Positions 45,796-55,761 of a stretch of DNA of 64,000 bases are shown piece by piece (positions within the stretch are counted from its first letter, which is position 1; every line of letters begins with the position of its first letter). Both the position numbers and the translations under genes were made by a program. Origin of the DNA: a virus (lineage: Duplodnaviria > Caudoviricetes); IMG/VR virus record IMGVR_UViG_3300033074_001257, positions 1 to 64,000 of that record; one strand, written 5' to 3'. Below the pieces are notes generated by a model. It saw only the letters and a list, made by a program, of their open reading frames with translations. It did not search any database and was not told the origin of the DNA.

Positions 45796-46340
45796 CTTGT
45801 GCTCCATACCGTGTTTTCTTTTACTTTCTTGAAGTTCTGTAGCGGCATTTCGCTAACAGCCTTCCAGTGATCTTGACCAATCACTGCGATCTTGCTTCGA
45901 AGCTGCTCAGGGAGGTAGTTTCTAAAGTAGGGCGCGAAGGGTGTGTGCTGCGATAGCATGTTCAGCACCGGCGCGATCTTTTGGATGTACAGGAGCTGGT
46001 TGTCGCCGCTTGCGAGCTTCGCCTTCAGTAAACGCTCCATGATCTTTTTGCGGATGCTGGGTCTGATGTAGTGGAGATTGATTCCGTAGAAGTGGGTTCG
46101 CTTCACCGACAGGACAAGGACAAGCGGCAGGGTGTCGTATACCGGCAAAGTCTCTTTATACTTTGGGTCGTAGCGAAAGGCTACGAGTTCACCTAAAGGC
46201 GGATACTTCAGCGCCTGTGCTTCAACTACGCCATCGGGAACCGGTGTGCCGTGCAAGCGCGATTCAAAGATTCGCTTGAAGAACTGTTCGCCGGCTGACT
46301 CGTCGATGGGCCGTGGTTTGACGTTATACTGCGAGATCAT
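45792..46340 (-). CDS. gp2: DNA end protector gp2
   Basis: G.LVAFRYDPKYK.TLP.YD..PLV, GINLHYI.P..R. Confidence 0.88.
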   Translation of the reverse strand: MISQYNVKPRPIDESAGEQFFKRIFESRLHGTPVPDGVVEAQALKYPPLGELVAFRYDPKYKETLPVYDTLPLVLVLSVKRTHFYGINLHYIRPSIRKKIMERLLKAKLASGDNQLLYIQKIAPVLNMLSQHTPFAPYFRNYLPEQLRSKIAVIGQDHWKAVSEMPLQNFKKVKENTVWSTR

Positions 46341-46813
46341 TTTTTACCTCCCTTAGGTATGGGCTTCAATCCAAGATCATATTCGTCGAATATCAGAAAC
46401 TCCATGCCCCGTGCTTGCGCGTAGTCCCATGCGGCTTCCCACTTATCTAAATTCACCTGATACGCGAGCTTCTCTTTCAAGTACGACTGCTCGCTTTTGC
46501 GTCGCCCTAGCTTTGGGGCCACTGTTTGGCAGTAGGGCTTGATCTCAATCAGTGCCTTTTTGATCGACCCGTTGGCGGACCTGTATTCAATATAAAAGTC
46601 GATGTGGTAATTGCGCCACTTGGCTTCGCTTTTGCTGTAGTAGGGCACCACGAAGTCCTCGCTGTTCCATTTGATGACCGACGGCTCATTGTCACACCAG
46701 TGCATCATTTTGACTTCCCACATGCTCCGGGCGTAAATGTTGTGGGTGGTGCCGAAATACTTTTGTGGGTTCTTGGGTCTGAACTGACGCACCTTTGGGA
46801 ACTTTTTAATCAT
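46337..46813 (-). CDS. gp4: Head completion nuclease gp4
   Basis: FRPKNPQKY, RS.WE..MM.WCD, KWNSE..V.PY, Y..DFY, IEIKP..QT, VN.DKW.AA. Confidence 0.93.
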   Translation of the reverse strand: MIKKFPKVRQFRPKNPQKYFGTTHNIYARSMWEVKMMHWCDNEPSVIKWNSEDFVVPYYSKSEAKWRNYHIDFYIEYRSANGSIKKALIEIKPYCQTVAPKLGRRKSEQSYLKEKLAYQVNLDKWEAAWDYAQARGMEFLIFDEYDLGLKPIPKGGKK

Positions 46814-46866
46814 CTTTTTACCCAGTTTGACCTTAAATATCAGACACAATACTTAGGAAAATCGCA

Positions 46867-47784
46867 ATGATTTTTATGGATAGAGTCAAATCAGCAGCAG
46901 GTTCACTCGTTGAAAAGCTGGGCTTTGGCCAAAGCGGTAGCACCGCGCCGTCCGCCGCTGAAGTCAAGGGCGCGGCTGTTAGCAACGCAAACGACGGCGC
47001 ATCGCTTCAGTATCCACCCAACTTGTCAAACGGCAACGTGAACCCAGCCTACATTCGCATCTCTTTCGTTGAACGCTGTAGCGGGTCAAAAGACGTCACG
47101 ACGGAGGGCAACAAGCCGCGCATCCTAAAGACCATTCGACTGCCGATGCCAGACGACATCACGATCCCAAATACCGTGACGTTTGACACCGAAGGCATCG
47201 GCTTGTCGGGTAATGCAATCACGGGCATTCAAGTGGGTGCAGACGGCAACGTGACCATGGGTGGACAAACTGCCGGCCAGCTAAGCGATGAAGTCATGAT
47301 GACCATGGCCAATAATCTCCACTACGGCCTGAAGTCAAAGTTCGTGCAAACTATGGGCGGCAACGTTTCAGCAGCCAGCCTCATGAGCTATGAAAAGGGC
47401 TTTGTACGCAACCCGTACCTGACGAACATCTTCAAGGGTGCCGGTTTGCGCACGTTCTCATTCACTTTCAACTTGGTGGCCTTTAGTGAAAAAGACACCC
47501 AAACCATCAACGAAATTGTGAAGGCGCTGCGGGCCAACTCGCTGCCGCTCATTGGTCAAAACATGCTGTTCATGAAAGCGCCGCCGTGTGTTGAAGTGAT
47601 GTTCTTCTTTAACGGCAAGACAAATCCCTTCTACCCGAAGATCACAAACGCCAACCTTGACAACCTACAGATCCAGTACCCATCAACCCAGTTCCGCACG
47701 GGGGCGCCGCTTTCAGTTCAGATCACGATGTCCATCACCGAAAACGACCTCGTGTTGTCGCAAAAAGTGGCGGAGGGCTACTAA
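46867..47784 (+). CDS. gp48: Baseplate tail tube cap gp48
   Basis: LQYP.NL, I.LPMP, NPY...FKG..LRTFSF.F.L...S..D. Confidence 0.8.
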   Translation: MIFMDRVKSAAGSLVEKLGFGQSGSTAPSAAEVKGAAVSNANDGASLQYPPNLSNGNVNPAYIRISFVERCSGSKDVTTEGNKPRILKTIRLPMPDDITIPNTVTFDTEGIGLSGNAITGIQVGADGNVTMGGQTAGQLSDEVMMTMANNLHYGLKSKFVQTMGGNVSAASLMSYEKGFVRNPYLTNIFKGAGLRTFSFTFNLVAFSEKDTQTINEIVKALRANSLPLIGQNMLFMKAPPCVEVMFFFNGKTNPFYPKITNANLDNLQIQYPSTQFRTGAPLSVQITMSITENDLVLSQKVAEGY

Positions 47785-47785
47785 G

Positions 47786-48319
47786 ATGGACATTCTTTAC
47801 CCGAAAAAGAAATTGCTGCTAGACGACGTCACCTACACGAACATCTTTCGCATCGTCGATCTGTCGCGCATCGTTCGACCTGAGAACTTGATTGTTTTTG
47901 AGCTCAGCGGCGAAACGCCCATGAAGCTCGCACTTGACTTGTACGGCAATTCAAAATACTTCTGGGTCAATTGCTTGATTAACGGCGTGGTGAATTACCA
48001 CACCGACTGGTACATGGGCCAGCAGAAGCTCGAGCGGTTCTGTCGCTACAAATACGGCGATCACCAGTTTGACCCCTATCGGTTCTTGAACACGAATACG
48101 AAACAGTACGTCACGGATAGCGAAGATAAGATCCTGCGCCAACGCTTGCAAAACAATCAAGCCCTGCCCAACAACATCAGAATCGTGACCTATTCAGATT
48201 ATGAGTTCCACAAGAACGAAGCGCGGCGAACCATCTACATCCTGCCACCTGACTTGCTGATGAACTTTTTGAAGGCGTATGAGAAGTCAAATACCCTGAC
48301 TTTGAATGGAGGTGCCTAA
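47786..48319 (+). CDS. gp53: Baseplate wedge subunit gp53
   Basis: TNIFR, ETP..LA..LYG...YFWV..L.NG, SDYE...NE..R.I.IL. Confidence 0.8.
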   Translation: MDILYPKKKLLLDDVTYTNIFRIVDLSRIVRPENLIVFELSGETPMKLALDLYGNSKYFWVNCLINGVVNYHTDWYMGQQKLERFCRYKYGDHQFDPYRFLNTNTKQYVTDSEDKILRQRLQNNQALPNNIRIVTYSDYEFHKNEARRTIYILPPDLLMNFLKAYEKSNTLTLNGGA

Positions 48320-49495
48320 ATGCGCGGCCTGCTTCAAGACTTGCGTGTGACGATTGACGGCGAACACCACATCACGCTTCACGTCGTCAACATCGAATTC
48401 TTTCAAACGATAACCACGCCCGTGTTCAGCGGCACCCTAACGATCATGGATTCAACCGACCTCATCAACACCATCAAGCTGCGAAAGGGCAGCAAGGTTG
48501 AGATCTTCTTCACAAAAGAACACGTCGACATCAAAGGCTACAAAGACGTCTCGGTTCAGTTTGTTGTGTACAAGGTGGGCAACAAGGTTCAAGTGACCCA
48601 GCAAAGCTACCTCTACACAGTGCACGTGGCGTCAAGCGCATTCATCGACAACGCCACGACGCGACTTATCAAATCACTGAAGAACGAAGGCACGGCTGCC
48701 GTTGCAGAAATCGTCAAAGAGTCGTTTAGCGGATACACACTCGTCTGTGAAAAACAAAGCACAAGCAAAGTCCACATCAACGTGAGCAACAAATCGCCTT
48801 TCATAGCCATCGGTGAAGTCCTGCGCCACACGCACTACAACGGAGTCGCCGATTATCTGTTCTACCAAAGCGACAACAACGAATTCACCTGTATCAGTAT
48901 GCAAACGATGCTTGAGCGAGACAGCGGCATCACGTTCATGCAACTGCCCAACGGCACCACAGCCTCGCGATACCCATACAACATCCTGGATTTCAAGATT
49001 GACCACTTTGACGGCGCGTTGAACTTGTCACAGGGCTTCTATGAAAATACGGTGATGGTTTATGACGCTGTCAATAAGAAATTCACCTCAACTGTAAGCA
49101 AGAACGACACAGACAACAAATCACTCTCTGATGGTGAGGTGTTCAAAAACCAAAAGAACGCAAACATTTCACGGCACGCTGTCAACGACGCATATCAAAA
49201 CAAAGACGTCACCGCGTGGGGCAGCTCGCGCAAGATGTCATTGCTTCGCCTTGAACAAGAAAAGGTCATTTTGCAGTGTGAGGGCACAGCCGAAATATTC
49301 TCAAAGATTGGCTGTGCTGCTGATCTACTGCTGCCAAACCCAAACCACGACGATGATCTGAACATCTACCCACACGACAGAAAACGCAGTGGGAAATACA
49401 TCATCACCGGCATTAAACACAATCTGAACGCCCAGCGATATTTGGTGACGGTTGAGCTTGTCAAACGGGCGTTTGAACCTATCCAAAGCGAGTGA
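48320..49495 (+). CDS. Baseplate hub protein (gp27-like)
   Basis: Sits between gp53 and gp5; Y.FYQ, SGKYIITGIKH motifs. Confidence 0.7.
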   Translation: MRGLLQDLRVTIDGEHHITLHVVNIEFFQTITTPVFSGTLTIMDSTDLINTIKLRKGSKVEIFFTKEHVDIKGYKDVSVQFVVYKVGNKVQVTQQSYLYTVHVASSAFIDNATTRLIKSLKNEGTAAVAEIVKESFSGYTLVCEKQSTSKVHINVSNKSPFIAIGEVLRHTHYNGVADYLFYQSDNNEFTCISMQTMLERDSGITFMQLPNGTTASRYPYNILDFKIDHFDGALNLSQGFYENTVMVYDAVNKKFTSTVSKNDTDNKSLSDGEVFKNQKNANISRHAVNDAYQNKDVTAWGSSRKMSLLRLEQEKVILQCEGTAEIFSKIGCAADLLLPNPNHDDDLNIYPHDRKRSGKYIITGIKHNLNAQRYLVTVELVKRAFEPIQSE

Positions 49496-49501
49496 CAACA
49501 C

Positions 49502-50284
49502 ATGGCAGTCAATGAAGGACAATTCTTTTGGTTCACGGGTGAAGTCGTTGACGTGGACGATCCACAAAAACTCGGTCGCGTCCGCGTCAAGACCCACGGC
49601 GACACAGACGGCGACACCACTATCCAAAAAGACGATTTGCACTGGGCGCTCGTGTCAAGTGGAACCTTTTCAGCATCACTGAAGGGCGCATCGCTGTCAC
49701 ACGGTTTGGTGGTGGGCACGCAAGTCATCGGTTTCTACATGGACGGCCCGCTTAAGCAAGCGCCTTTCGTGATGTTCACATTCAACTCAAAGAGTGAAAA
49801 CGTCTCAGACTTAAGTCCCGTGACCCAAGCGCCGCGCACAACTAAAAGCAAACTCACGAGTGAACCCACAAGCGGTGGCAGCCCAAAGTACCCACACAAC
49901 AAGGTTCTGCAGACACCCACAGGTCACTTGATTGAGGTTGACGACACCAAAGGCAGCGAGCGACTGTCCGTCACCCACATCAGTGGATCAACTTATGAGT
50001 TCATGCCAGACGGCAGTGTGCTGCGCAAATCGTCCAAGGGCTTGTATGACCTAGTGGCCAACGACAAAACGGTGTTCGTGGGCGGCAGCGTCAATGAAGT
50101 CATCAAAGGCAACTACACCCTGACGATTGATGGAAATTTCAACATCAAGTGTGCAAACTACAACATTCAAGCCCAGTCCGCGAACTACAAAATCGGCGGC
50201 GCGGTACAGATCAGAAGCGGCAGCTACCGACTTCAATCTGGCGGACAGTGTAAAATCAACGCCTCGATGATCTCACTAAACTAG
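49502..50284 (+). CDS. gp5: Central spike gp5 (OB-fold plus beta-helix, no lysozyme domain)
   Basis: WFTGEV.DV.DPQKLGRVRV, V.GFYMDG..KQ.P, YPHNKV..T.TGH..E.DDT.G.ER. Confidence 0.9.
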   Translation: MAVNEGQFFWFTGEVVDVDDPQKLGRVRVKTHGDTDGDTTIQKDDLHWALVSSGTFSASLKGASLSHGLVVGTQVIGFYMDGPLKQAPFVMFTFNSKSENVSDLSPVTQAPRTTKSKLTSEPTSGGSPKYPHNKVLQTPTGHLIEVDDTKGSERLSVTHISGSTYEFMPDGSVLRKSSKGLYDLVANDKTVFVGGSVNEVIKGNYTLTIDGNFNIKCANYNIQAQSANYKIGGAVQIRSGSYRLQSGGQCKINASMISLN

Positions 50285-50314
50285 CAAACACGTTAACACG
50301 ACGGAGACTTTAGA

Positions 50315-50755
50315 ATGGCCGGTTCAACCAATACCGATTACCTGCAAAAGAAAATCCTTGAGATGATTCTGTTGCAGCAATCGTTTACACCCGCCACTAC
50401 CCTGTACGTTGGACTCTTCACGTCGGCACCTGGTCTGTCGGCAGCAGCGGCTGGAACCGAGGTTGTGCAGAACGCTGCTACAGCCTACGCGCGTGTGGCG
50501 ATCCCCTGCACCACCGCAGATTGGGATGGGCCCATTGGCGTGGACATGCAATACAAAAACAAGAAGGACCTCGTCTTTCCTGTGCCCGGAACCCAAAGCT
50601 GGGGGTCTATCGTTGCTGGGGGTATCTTCGATGCAGCAACCGGCGGCAACCTGCTTTGGGTGACAAACATTGCCACGACCAAGACCATCACAGCAGGCGA
50701 TGGCGCACCTAAAATCGCTGCCGGTGAGCTCGTCATTCAGCGGGCCACCTGCTAA
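50315..50755 (+). CDS. Small tail fibre-associated structural protein
   Basis: LYVGLFT..P, EV...AYARV, FP......WG.I...GIFDAATGGNLL, AGELVI family pattern. Confidence 0.7.
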   Translation: MAGSTNTDYLQKKILEMILLQQSFTPATTLYVGLFTSAPGLSAAAAGTEVVQNAATAYARVAIPCTTADWDGPIGVDMQYKNKKDLVFPVPGTQSWGSIVAGGIFDAATGGNLLWVTNIATTKTITAGDGAPKIAAGELVIQRATC

Positions 50756-50768
50756 ACGTCCAGCCGTT

Positions 50769-50798
50769 AAAACCCCCACACGTCGTGGGGTTTGTTTT
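50769..50798. terminator. Bidirectional terminator between convergent genes
   Basis: AAAACCCCCAC-acgtc-GTGGGGTTTGTTTT. Confidence 0.7.
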
Positions 50799-50808
50799 GA
50801 GTGATGTT

Positions 50809-51789
50809 TCACTTGAGTGATTTTAGCCTCTGGTAGTCAAGGAACTCAGGGAACGATTCAAATAGCTTACTGCCCATAGGCAAGATCACCATGTGAGTGA
50901 GGTATTCGTTTGAAATCAAGTTCAGGGCATTGTTGATGTCAAATTTGCACTTGATGGGCTTGACGATCATCGTGCCCGACGGGTCCGTTTGAATGACGGT
51001 GGTTGAGAAGATGTCGGTGTCTTTGCGGATGGGTCGATAGAACGGATTTTTATCCACGTCATCGGTTGACAGTTTTGACAGGGTCGTGATGAGGTCTAGG
51101 GGCTCAAATACCTTCTTGTTGAGCGCGTCTATTGCATATTGCAAGCGTTTCTTTGACGACCGGTACGATTCACCATCTTTGGGCTGATAGCCAAATGACG
51201 CGTCAAACACGCCGTGGTTGGTGCGAACGATTAGCGTGTCTTTTTTGATCTCTTTGACGACGATCTTGTATTCGCTGGGCGGCACCACGTCGTCAAAACG
51301 ATTGCCGCCTTTCATCTTGCGATACTTCTCTTTGACTTCACTGGGCAGCGTGCATTCGATGACCACAAGGCGACTTCCGTCCGTGATGAGCGAACAGCCG
51401 TCAATGGCATTTTCCTTGATGATCTTAACTGCTTCATCCACATTGTGTGACTTCAGTGCCTTGCGCAATACCTTGCCGTTGTTGCTGACGCCGCTTGCGG
51501 TTTTGGCTTTCGTTCCGTTGTCTTTCTTGTCAAAGCTGTTGTTCAGTGCCGAGTTCACGATAGACAGGAAATTGCCCTTTGAGTCCACAGACAAACCTTC
51601 CGTCCAGTCGCTGTCCGTGTCAACCAAAAACAACTGACTACAACCCACTTCATTGACCGTGTAGCGTTTAATCCGGTAAGTGGGTTCGTATGCGCGATCA
51701 CGAATCTTCGCAAGGCGCCACTTGGCATCTGGTGTGGGTTCACCCGTTACCTTGTCGCGCGGAAGTAACATAGCCACAGTCACACACAT
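50809..51789 (-). CDS. Putative N-terminal nucleophile (Ntn) hydrolase
   Basis: M-C2 start (MCVTVA), AKIRDR, IVNSAL, VRTNHG resemble Cys-Ntn hydrolase motifs. Confidence 0.5.
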   Translation of the reverse strand: MCVTVAMLLPRDKVTGEPTPDAKWRLAKIRDRAYEPTYRIKRYTVNEVGCSQLFLVDTDSDWTEGLSVDSKGNFLSIVNSALNNSFDKKDNGTKAKTASGVSNNGKVLRKALKSHNVDEAVKIIKENAIDGCSLITDGSRLVVIECTLPSEVKEKYRKMKGGNRFDDVVPPSEYKIVVKEIKKDTLIVRTNHGVFDASFGYQPKDGESYRSSKKRLQYAIDALNKKVFEPLDLITTLSKLSTDDVDKNPFYRPIRKDTDIFSTTVIQTDPSGTMIVKPIKCKFDINNALNLISNEYLTHMVILPMGSKLFESFPEFLDYQRLKSLK

Positions 51790-51915
51790 ATCACACCCTC
51801 CATCTGTTAGAGTCTATTTAAGGTGAGCGGGGGCGAAAAGCACTTTCACAAGATTCAATTTAAGTACATCTAATTCAAAAGACACAGCATTCACCCCACA
51901 GCACAGGAACTCTAA

Positions 51916-52188
51916 ATGGACAACAACGCAGAAAGCAACGCAGAAAGCAACGCAAGCAAACAACAAGCCGAGACTGTGGCTGCCCCAACAAAATACTTCT
52001 GGCAGTCGAAGATCTTCTGGTCGTCGGTTGTGCTGTTCGTCATCGGCCTTGAACCCTACATCCCCATGTTGAATGAAGTGATCCCAGAGGGCGCTTCAAA
52101 GCGCGTGATCGCGCTTGTCTTGCCGCTGGTCATTTTGATGGCCCGCGCATACACGAGTAACCCTGCCCTGGTCGTAAAACGCGAATGA
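51916..52188 (+). CDS. Small two-TM membrane protein, putative holin
   Basis: KYFWQSKIFW..V.L and a second TM ending ARAYTSNP. Confidence 0.55.
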   Translation: MDNNAESNAESNASKQQAETVAAPTKYFWQSKIFWSSVVLFVIGLEPYIPMLNEVIPEGASKRVIALVLPLVILMARAYTSNPALVVKRE

Positions 52189-52220
52189 TCGCCAGCAATC
52201 GCCGGTGCGCTCCATCAACT

Positions 52221-52246
52221 GCCTCACTTAACGTGGGGCTTTTTTT
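52221..52246 (+). terminator. Rho-independent terminator
   Basis: GCCTCAC-ttaac-GTGGGGC plus T tract. Confidence 0.65.
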
Positions 52247-52285
52247 GATTAAGTATTTGAAGCATTTCTAAAATGGGAAAACGCC

Positions 52286-53809
52286 ATGCGTCCGCTATTT
52301 TCACTCAAAGGTTTAGCGTCCAAGCGAAGTGAGCCGGTCTTAAAAACCTTCGCCAATGCTGCGATTGATCACGATGCCTTGAACATCCTGTCCACCAGCG
52401 GCATGAGCGACAGCACACAAATTCCAGTGTGGGGCATTGAAACCGACAGCCAAAAGATCCTCTCATACCGAAACATCGCGCTCAACTCGTACGTCGCACA
52501 AGCCATCACCGAAATCAAGAATGAGAGCTTCGTGTTCAATGAGCACAACAAACGCGCCTTCGTGATCGACTTCTACGACAGCGAAAACTCACTCGTCGGT
52601 GAAAAGACGCGCGAGAAGATTGTTGAGGTTGTGAACGACCTTTACCACAAAATCAACTTTGAAGACAACGGCCTGATTTGGTTTGAAAACTTCTACGTGG
52701 ACTCAAAGATCATCTTCCACGTCATCGTGGACAAGGAAAATGAGAAGGGCGGCATCTTGGATGTCGTGATGCTTGACCCGCTCAAAGTTCAAAAGGTGAA
52801 ATTTATCCCAAAGGCAGACAAAGACGGCGTCGTCGACCTAAACGCAGTGAAAGAAGTTTACGTCTACACGAACGAATCTTACACGGGCGACTTCACACAA
52901 GTTCACCTTGAGGGCGACATCTACCCATCGTCTGTGATGCTGTCAGATGATGCTGTCATTGAGGTTACAAGTGGCAAGCGCGACGCTAAGAACAACAAAA
53001 CCATCGGGTGGCTTGAGACTGCTGTGATCCCACACAACAATCTCAAAATGATGGAAGAGTCCATGCTGATCTTTCGCATCGTTCGCGCACCCATGCGCCG
53101 CGCCTTCTATCTTGACGTCAGTAAGGTCCCGCCCACGAAAGCCGAAGCGCACATGAAGCAGTTTCGCGACAACATGAAGATCGACGTCAACTACAACCGA
53201 CAAACGGGCACCGTTAACGGCGATTCACATGTCCTGGGCATCTTGCACGACTACTTCATTCCACGAAGCGGCGGCGACAAAACGACGGAAATTCAGACCA
53301 TTGACGGTCAAAGCGACCAAAGCATTCTAGATGAGGTTGAATATTGCAAAGACCAATTGCTGTCGTCCTTGCATGTTCCAAAAAGCCGTTTCGTTCCTGA
53401 ATCTAATTTTGACTTTGGCAAGGGCACGTCCATCCAGCGCGACGAATATCGCTTCAACAAATTCGTCAATCAGCTACGCAACCGGTTTATGATCTTCTTT
53501 GACGAATTGCTGAAGCGTCAACTTATCCTGCGGGGCATCATCAAACCCGACGAGTGGACAATGGTTCGGCAGTCGTATTTCTGGATTTTCACAGAAGACA
53601 ACCTGTTCGCGGAGTGGAAAACCGCCGAACGAATAAATAATCAATTGGAGATGCTTGATCGACTGGGGGACAAGTTAGGTACGTTCTACAGCCGCGAGTG
53701 GGTGTGGGAAAACATTTGTCGCTTCACGGAAAGCGAAAAGCAAGCTATCAAGCAACAAATCGAAGACGAAGCCAGTCAAGCGCCCGAGCCTGACGACAGT
53801 CAATACTGA
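52286..53809 (+). CDS. gp20: Portal protein gp20
   Basis: FYVDSK, LDPLKV.KV, L.MMEES..I.RI.RAP.RR.FY.DV, DY..PR..G.K.TEI.T. Confidence 0.96.
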   Translation: MRPLFSLKGLASKRSEPVLKTFANAAIDHDALNILSTSGMSDSTQIPVWGIETDSQKILSYRNIALNSYVAQAITEIKNESFVFNEHNKRAFVIDFYDSENSLVGEKTREKIVEVVNDLYHKINFEDNGLIWFENFYVDSKIIFHVIVDKENEKGGILDVVMLDPLKVQKVKFIPKADKDGVVDLNAVKEVYVYTNESYTGDFTQVHLEGDIYPSSVMLSDDAVIEVTSGKRDAKNNKTIGWLETAVIPHNNLKMMEESMLIFRIVRAPMRRAFYLDVSKVPPTKAEAHMKQFRDNMKIDVNYNRQTGTVNGDSHVLGILHDYFIPRSGGDKTTEIQTIDGQSDQSILDEVEYCKDQLLSSLHVPKSRFVPESNFDFGKGTSIQRDEYRFNKFVNQLRNRFMIFFDELLKRQLILRGIIKPDEWTMVRQSYFWIFTEDNLFAEWKTAERINNQLEMLDRLGDKLGTFYSREWVWENICRFTESEKQAIKQQIEDEASQAPEPDDSQY

Positions 53810-53813
53810 ACAC

Positions 53814-55040
53814 ATGGAGCACAACATGATCGACTTCACAAACCAACCTATCAAACTCTCTGAGGACTTCAAAAACGCACTGTCGCAAATCGTGAGCGAT
53901 CGCGGCGTCCCGTTTCGCACGCCCATTTATGGGTTTGGCAGCCAAGCGGAAAGCGACGTGACCGAAACGGTGATGTTGACTGTGGCTGAAACCGTAAAGC
54001 ACTACGGCGCTTCTAAGATTGAGTTCAGCGACGACCTTCTGATCTTTCGCACCACCCAAAACGAATACAACATGATCAGCGACTACCTGTCAAAGTGTGA
54101 GTATGTTGAGTCCGTCACGCTGATGGGTTATCACGTGAATGCCCTGGACAAATCGCTTCAGAAAATTGACGACATTGACCTGTTCACCCGCACCCAAATT
54201 GACGTCAGTCACAACGTGATTCTAGACTGGTACGTCACCATCGACAGCAAGTTCATCCATTATGCTAACGTGTACGCGATGGACGGCAGCAACGGAACCT
54301 TTGATTCTGTACTGGACATGGTTGAATCTGAAGCGCCGCGCGAAATCACGAACGGCGACCTAACCATCCAAAGCAGCGACATGAATGAGTTCGCGCTTCA
54401 GTTTGAAACCAAATCGAAGAACGGCCGCGTCACCTTGCAGTCGTACGACATGGAGACCATTGAACTGGTTTTGACGTTTGATATCGTGGGCAGCACCATC
54501 ACCGACGACATGAAAAGCGTCATCACCGACGATCTGAACGACGCCTACGCACAAGTCTCAACGCAACTCTTTGAGCTGGGTTACATCTACGACGACAACC
54601 TTGAAAACACCGACGCAACTGCTACATTTCAATACACAGTTGAATCTGGATTCGTGACGGTGGATTTCATTCGCTTTGTGGCCACAGATGGAATCGCCAC
54701 CGCGGCTGAAGTTCAGCATCTTTTCCCAGACGCCACCATCTACGTATCGCAAAGCCCATACGAAACCGACTACGACGACACACTGCACGAAGCGTTCCGC
54801 GTGATCAAAGTCAACAGCCGCGGTCAAAAGACAGTCAAGATGAAGTGCCAACCTGGACAAAAGTACGATGTCGCGAAACACACTTGTGTCGTCATGAGTG
54901 GCGCAGAACGCAACGTGAAACGCATTGCCACGAAGCAAGCTGTTCGCACCAAAAAGGCAGCGGGGTCTGCTGCGAAAAAACGCCAAGTGAGACTGACACG
55001 AAAGGCCCTGCTGAAGCGTCGCCAGTTTGGGCTGAACTAA
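53814..55040 (+). CDS. gp68: Prohead core protein with a gp68-like C-terminus and a long acidic N-terminal extension
   Basis: C-terminal LHE...KVNSRG...KKRQ..LTRKALLKRRQFGL matches the gp68 basic tail; lies between portal and protease. Confidence 0.7.
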   Translation: MEHNMIDFTNQPIKLSEDFKNALSQIVSDRGVPFRTPIYGFGSQAESDVTETVMLTVAETVKHYGASKIEFSDDLLIFRTTQNEYNMISDYLSKCEYVESVTLMGYHVNALDKSLQKIDDIDLFTRTQIDVSHNVILDWYVTIDSKFIHYANVYAMDGSNGTFDSVLDMVESEAPREITNGDLTIQSSDMNEFALQFETKSKNGRVTLQSYDMETIELVLTFDIVGSTITDDMKSVITDDLNDAYAQVSTQLFELGYIYDDNLENTDATATFQYTVESGFVTVDFIRFVATDGIATAAEVQHLFPDATIYVSQSPYETDYDDTLHEAFRVIKVNSRGQKTVKMKCQPGQKYDVAKHTCVVMSGAERNVKRIATKQAVRTKKAAGSAAKKRQVRLTRKALLKRRQFGLN

Positions 55041-55066
55041 CACTTGCGCACACAAGGAGCAGCAAA

Positions 55067-55756
55067 ATGAGCAATCTCTTGATTGAAACCGTGGACACTT
55101 CGCTAACCGAAACCAAGATTGTTGAAAACGAAAACGGCGAACGTGACTACTACATCAGCGGCATTTTCATGCAAAGCGAGGTCGTGAACGGCAACGGTCG
55201 AATCTACCCACGCGAAGTGATGAAACGCGAGTGCGATCGCTACATTGAAAACTACATCAACAAAGGTCGCGGGGCGGGTGAACTTGAGCATCCAGAAAGC
55301 GGCCGAAGTGACGCCATCAATCTGCGATACGTGAGCCACAAGATCATCGAGCTAAAAGAGGAAGGAAACAACTGGGTAGGCAAAGCCCTGATCACCAAAA
55401 ACACGGCCACGGGCGGCACCGTCAAGGGCTTGCTGGATGCGGGCATTGTCCTGGGCGTCAGTTCACGCGCTCGCGGTTCTGTTAAGAAAAGCGGCAACGT
55501 GAACGTGGTACAAAACGACTTCCGACTGATCACGCCCGCAGACATTGTCTACGAACCCAGCGCACCTGATGCACTCGTGACTGCGATCATGGAAGGACAG
55601 CAGTGGGTGTATGAAAACGGCGTGCTGACGGAGCGTGAGATTGAGGACGTGCAGGCTTATGTAAATAAAAACATTAGAGAACACACACGAAACAAGGCCA
55701 TTGTCGAGCACATGTTTCAGAAGATCATGTCAGATATCAAAAGCAAAGGAGCTTGA
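55067..55756 (+). CDS. gp21: Prohead protease gp21
   Basis: YISGIFMQSEV.NGNGRIYP, GELEHP, VSHKI, LGVSSRARGS, DIV.EPSAPDA. Confidence 0.95.
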   Translation: MSNLLIETVDTSLTETKIVENENGERDYYISGIFMQSEVVNGNGRIYPREVMKRECDRYIENYINKGRGAGELEHPESGRSDAINLRYVSHKIIELKEEGNNWVGKALITKNTATGGTVKGLLDAGIVLGVSSRARGSVKKSGNVNVVQNDFRLITPADIVYEPSAPDALVTAIMEGQQWVYENGVLTEREIEDVQAYVNKNIREHTRNKAIVEHMFQKIMSDIKSKGA

Positions 55757-55761
55757 TAAAA

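Noticed and set aside
49502-50284. gp5 lacking a lysozyme domain as a novelty
   Set aside because: Common among T4-like phages outside the T-even group
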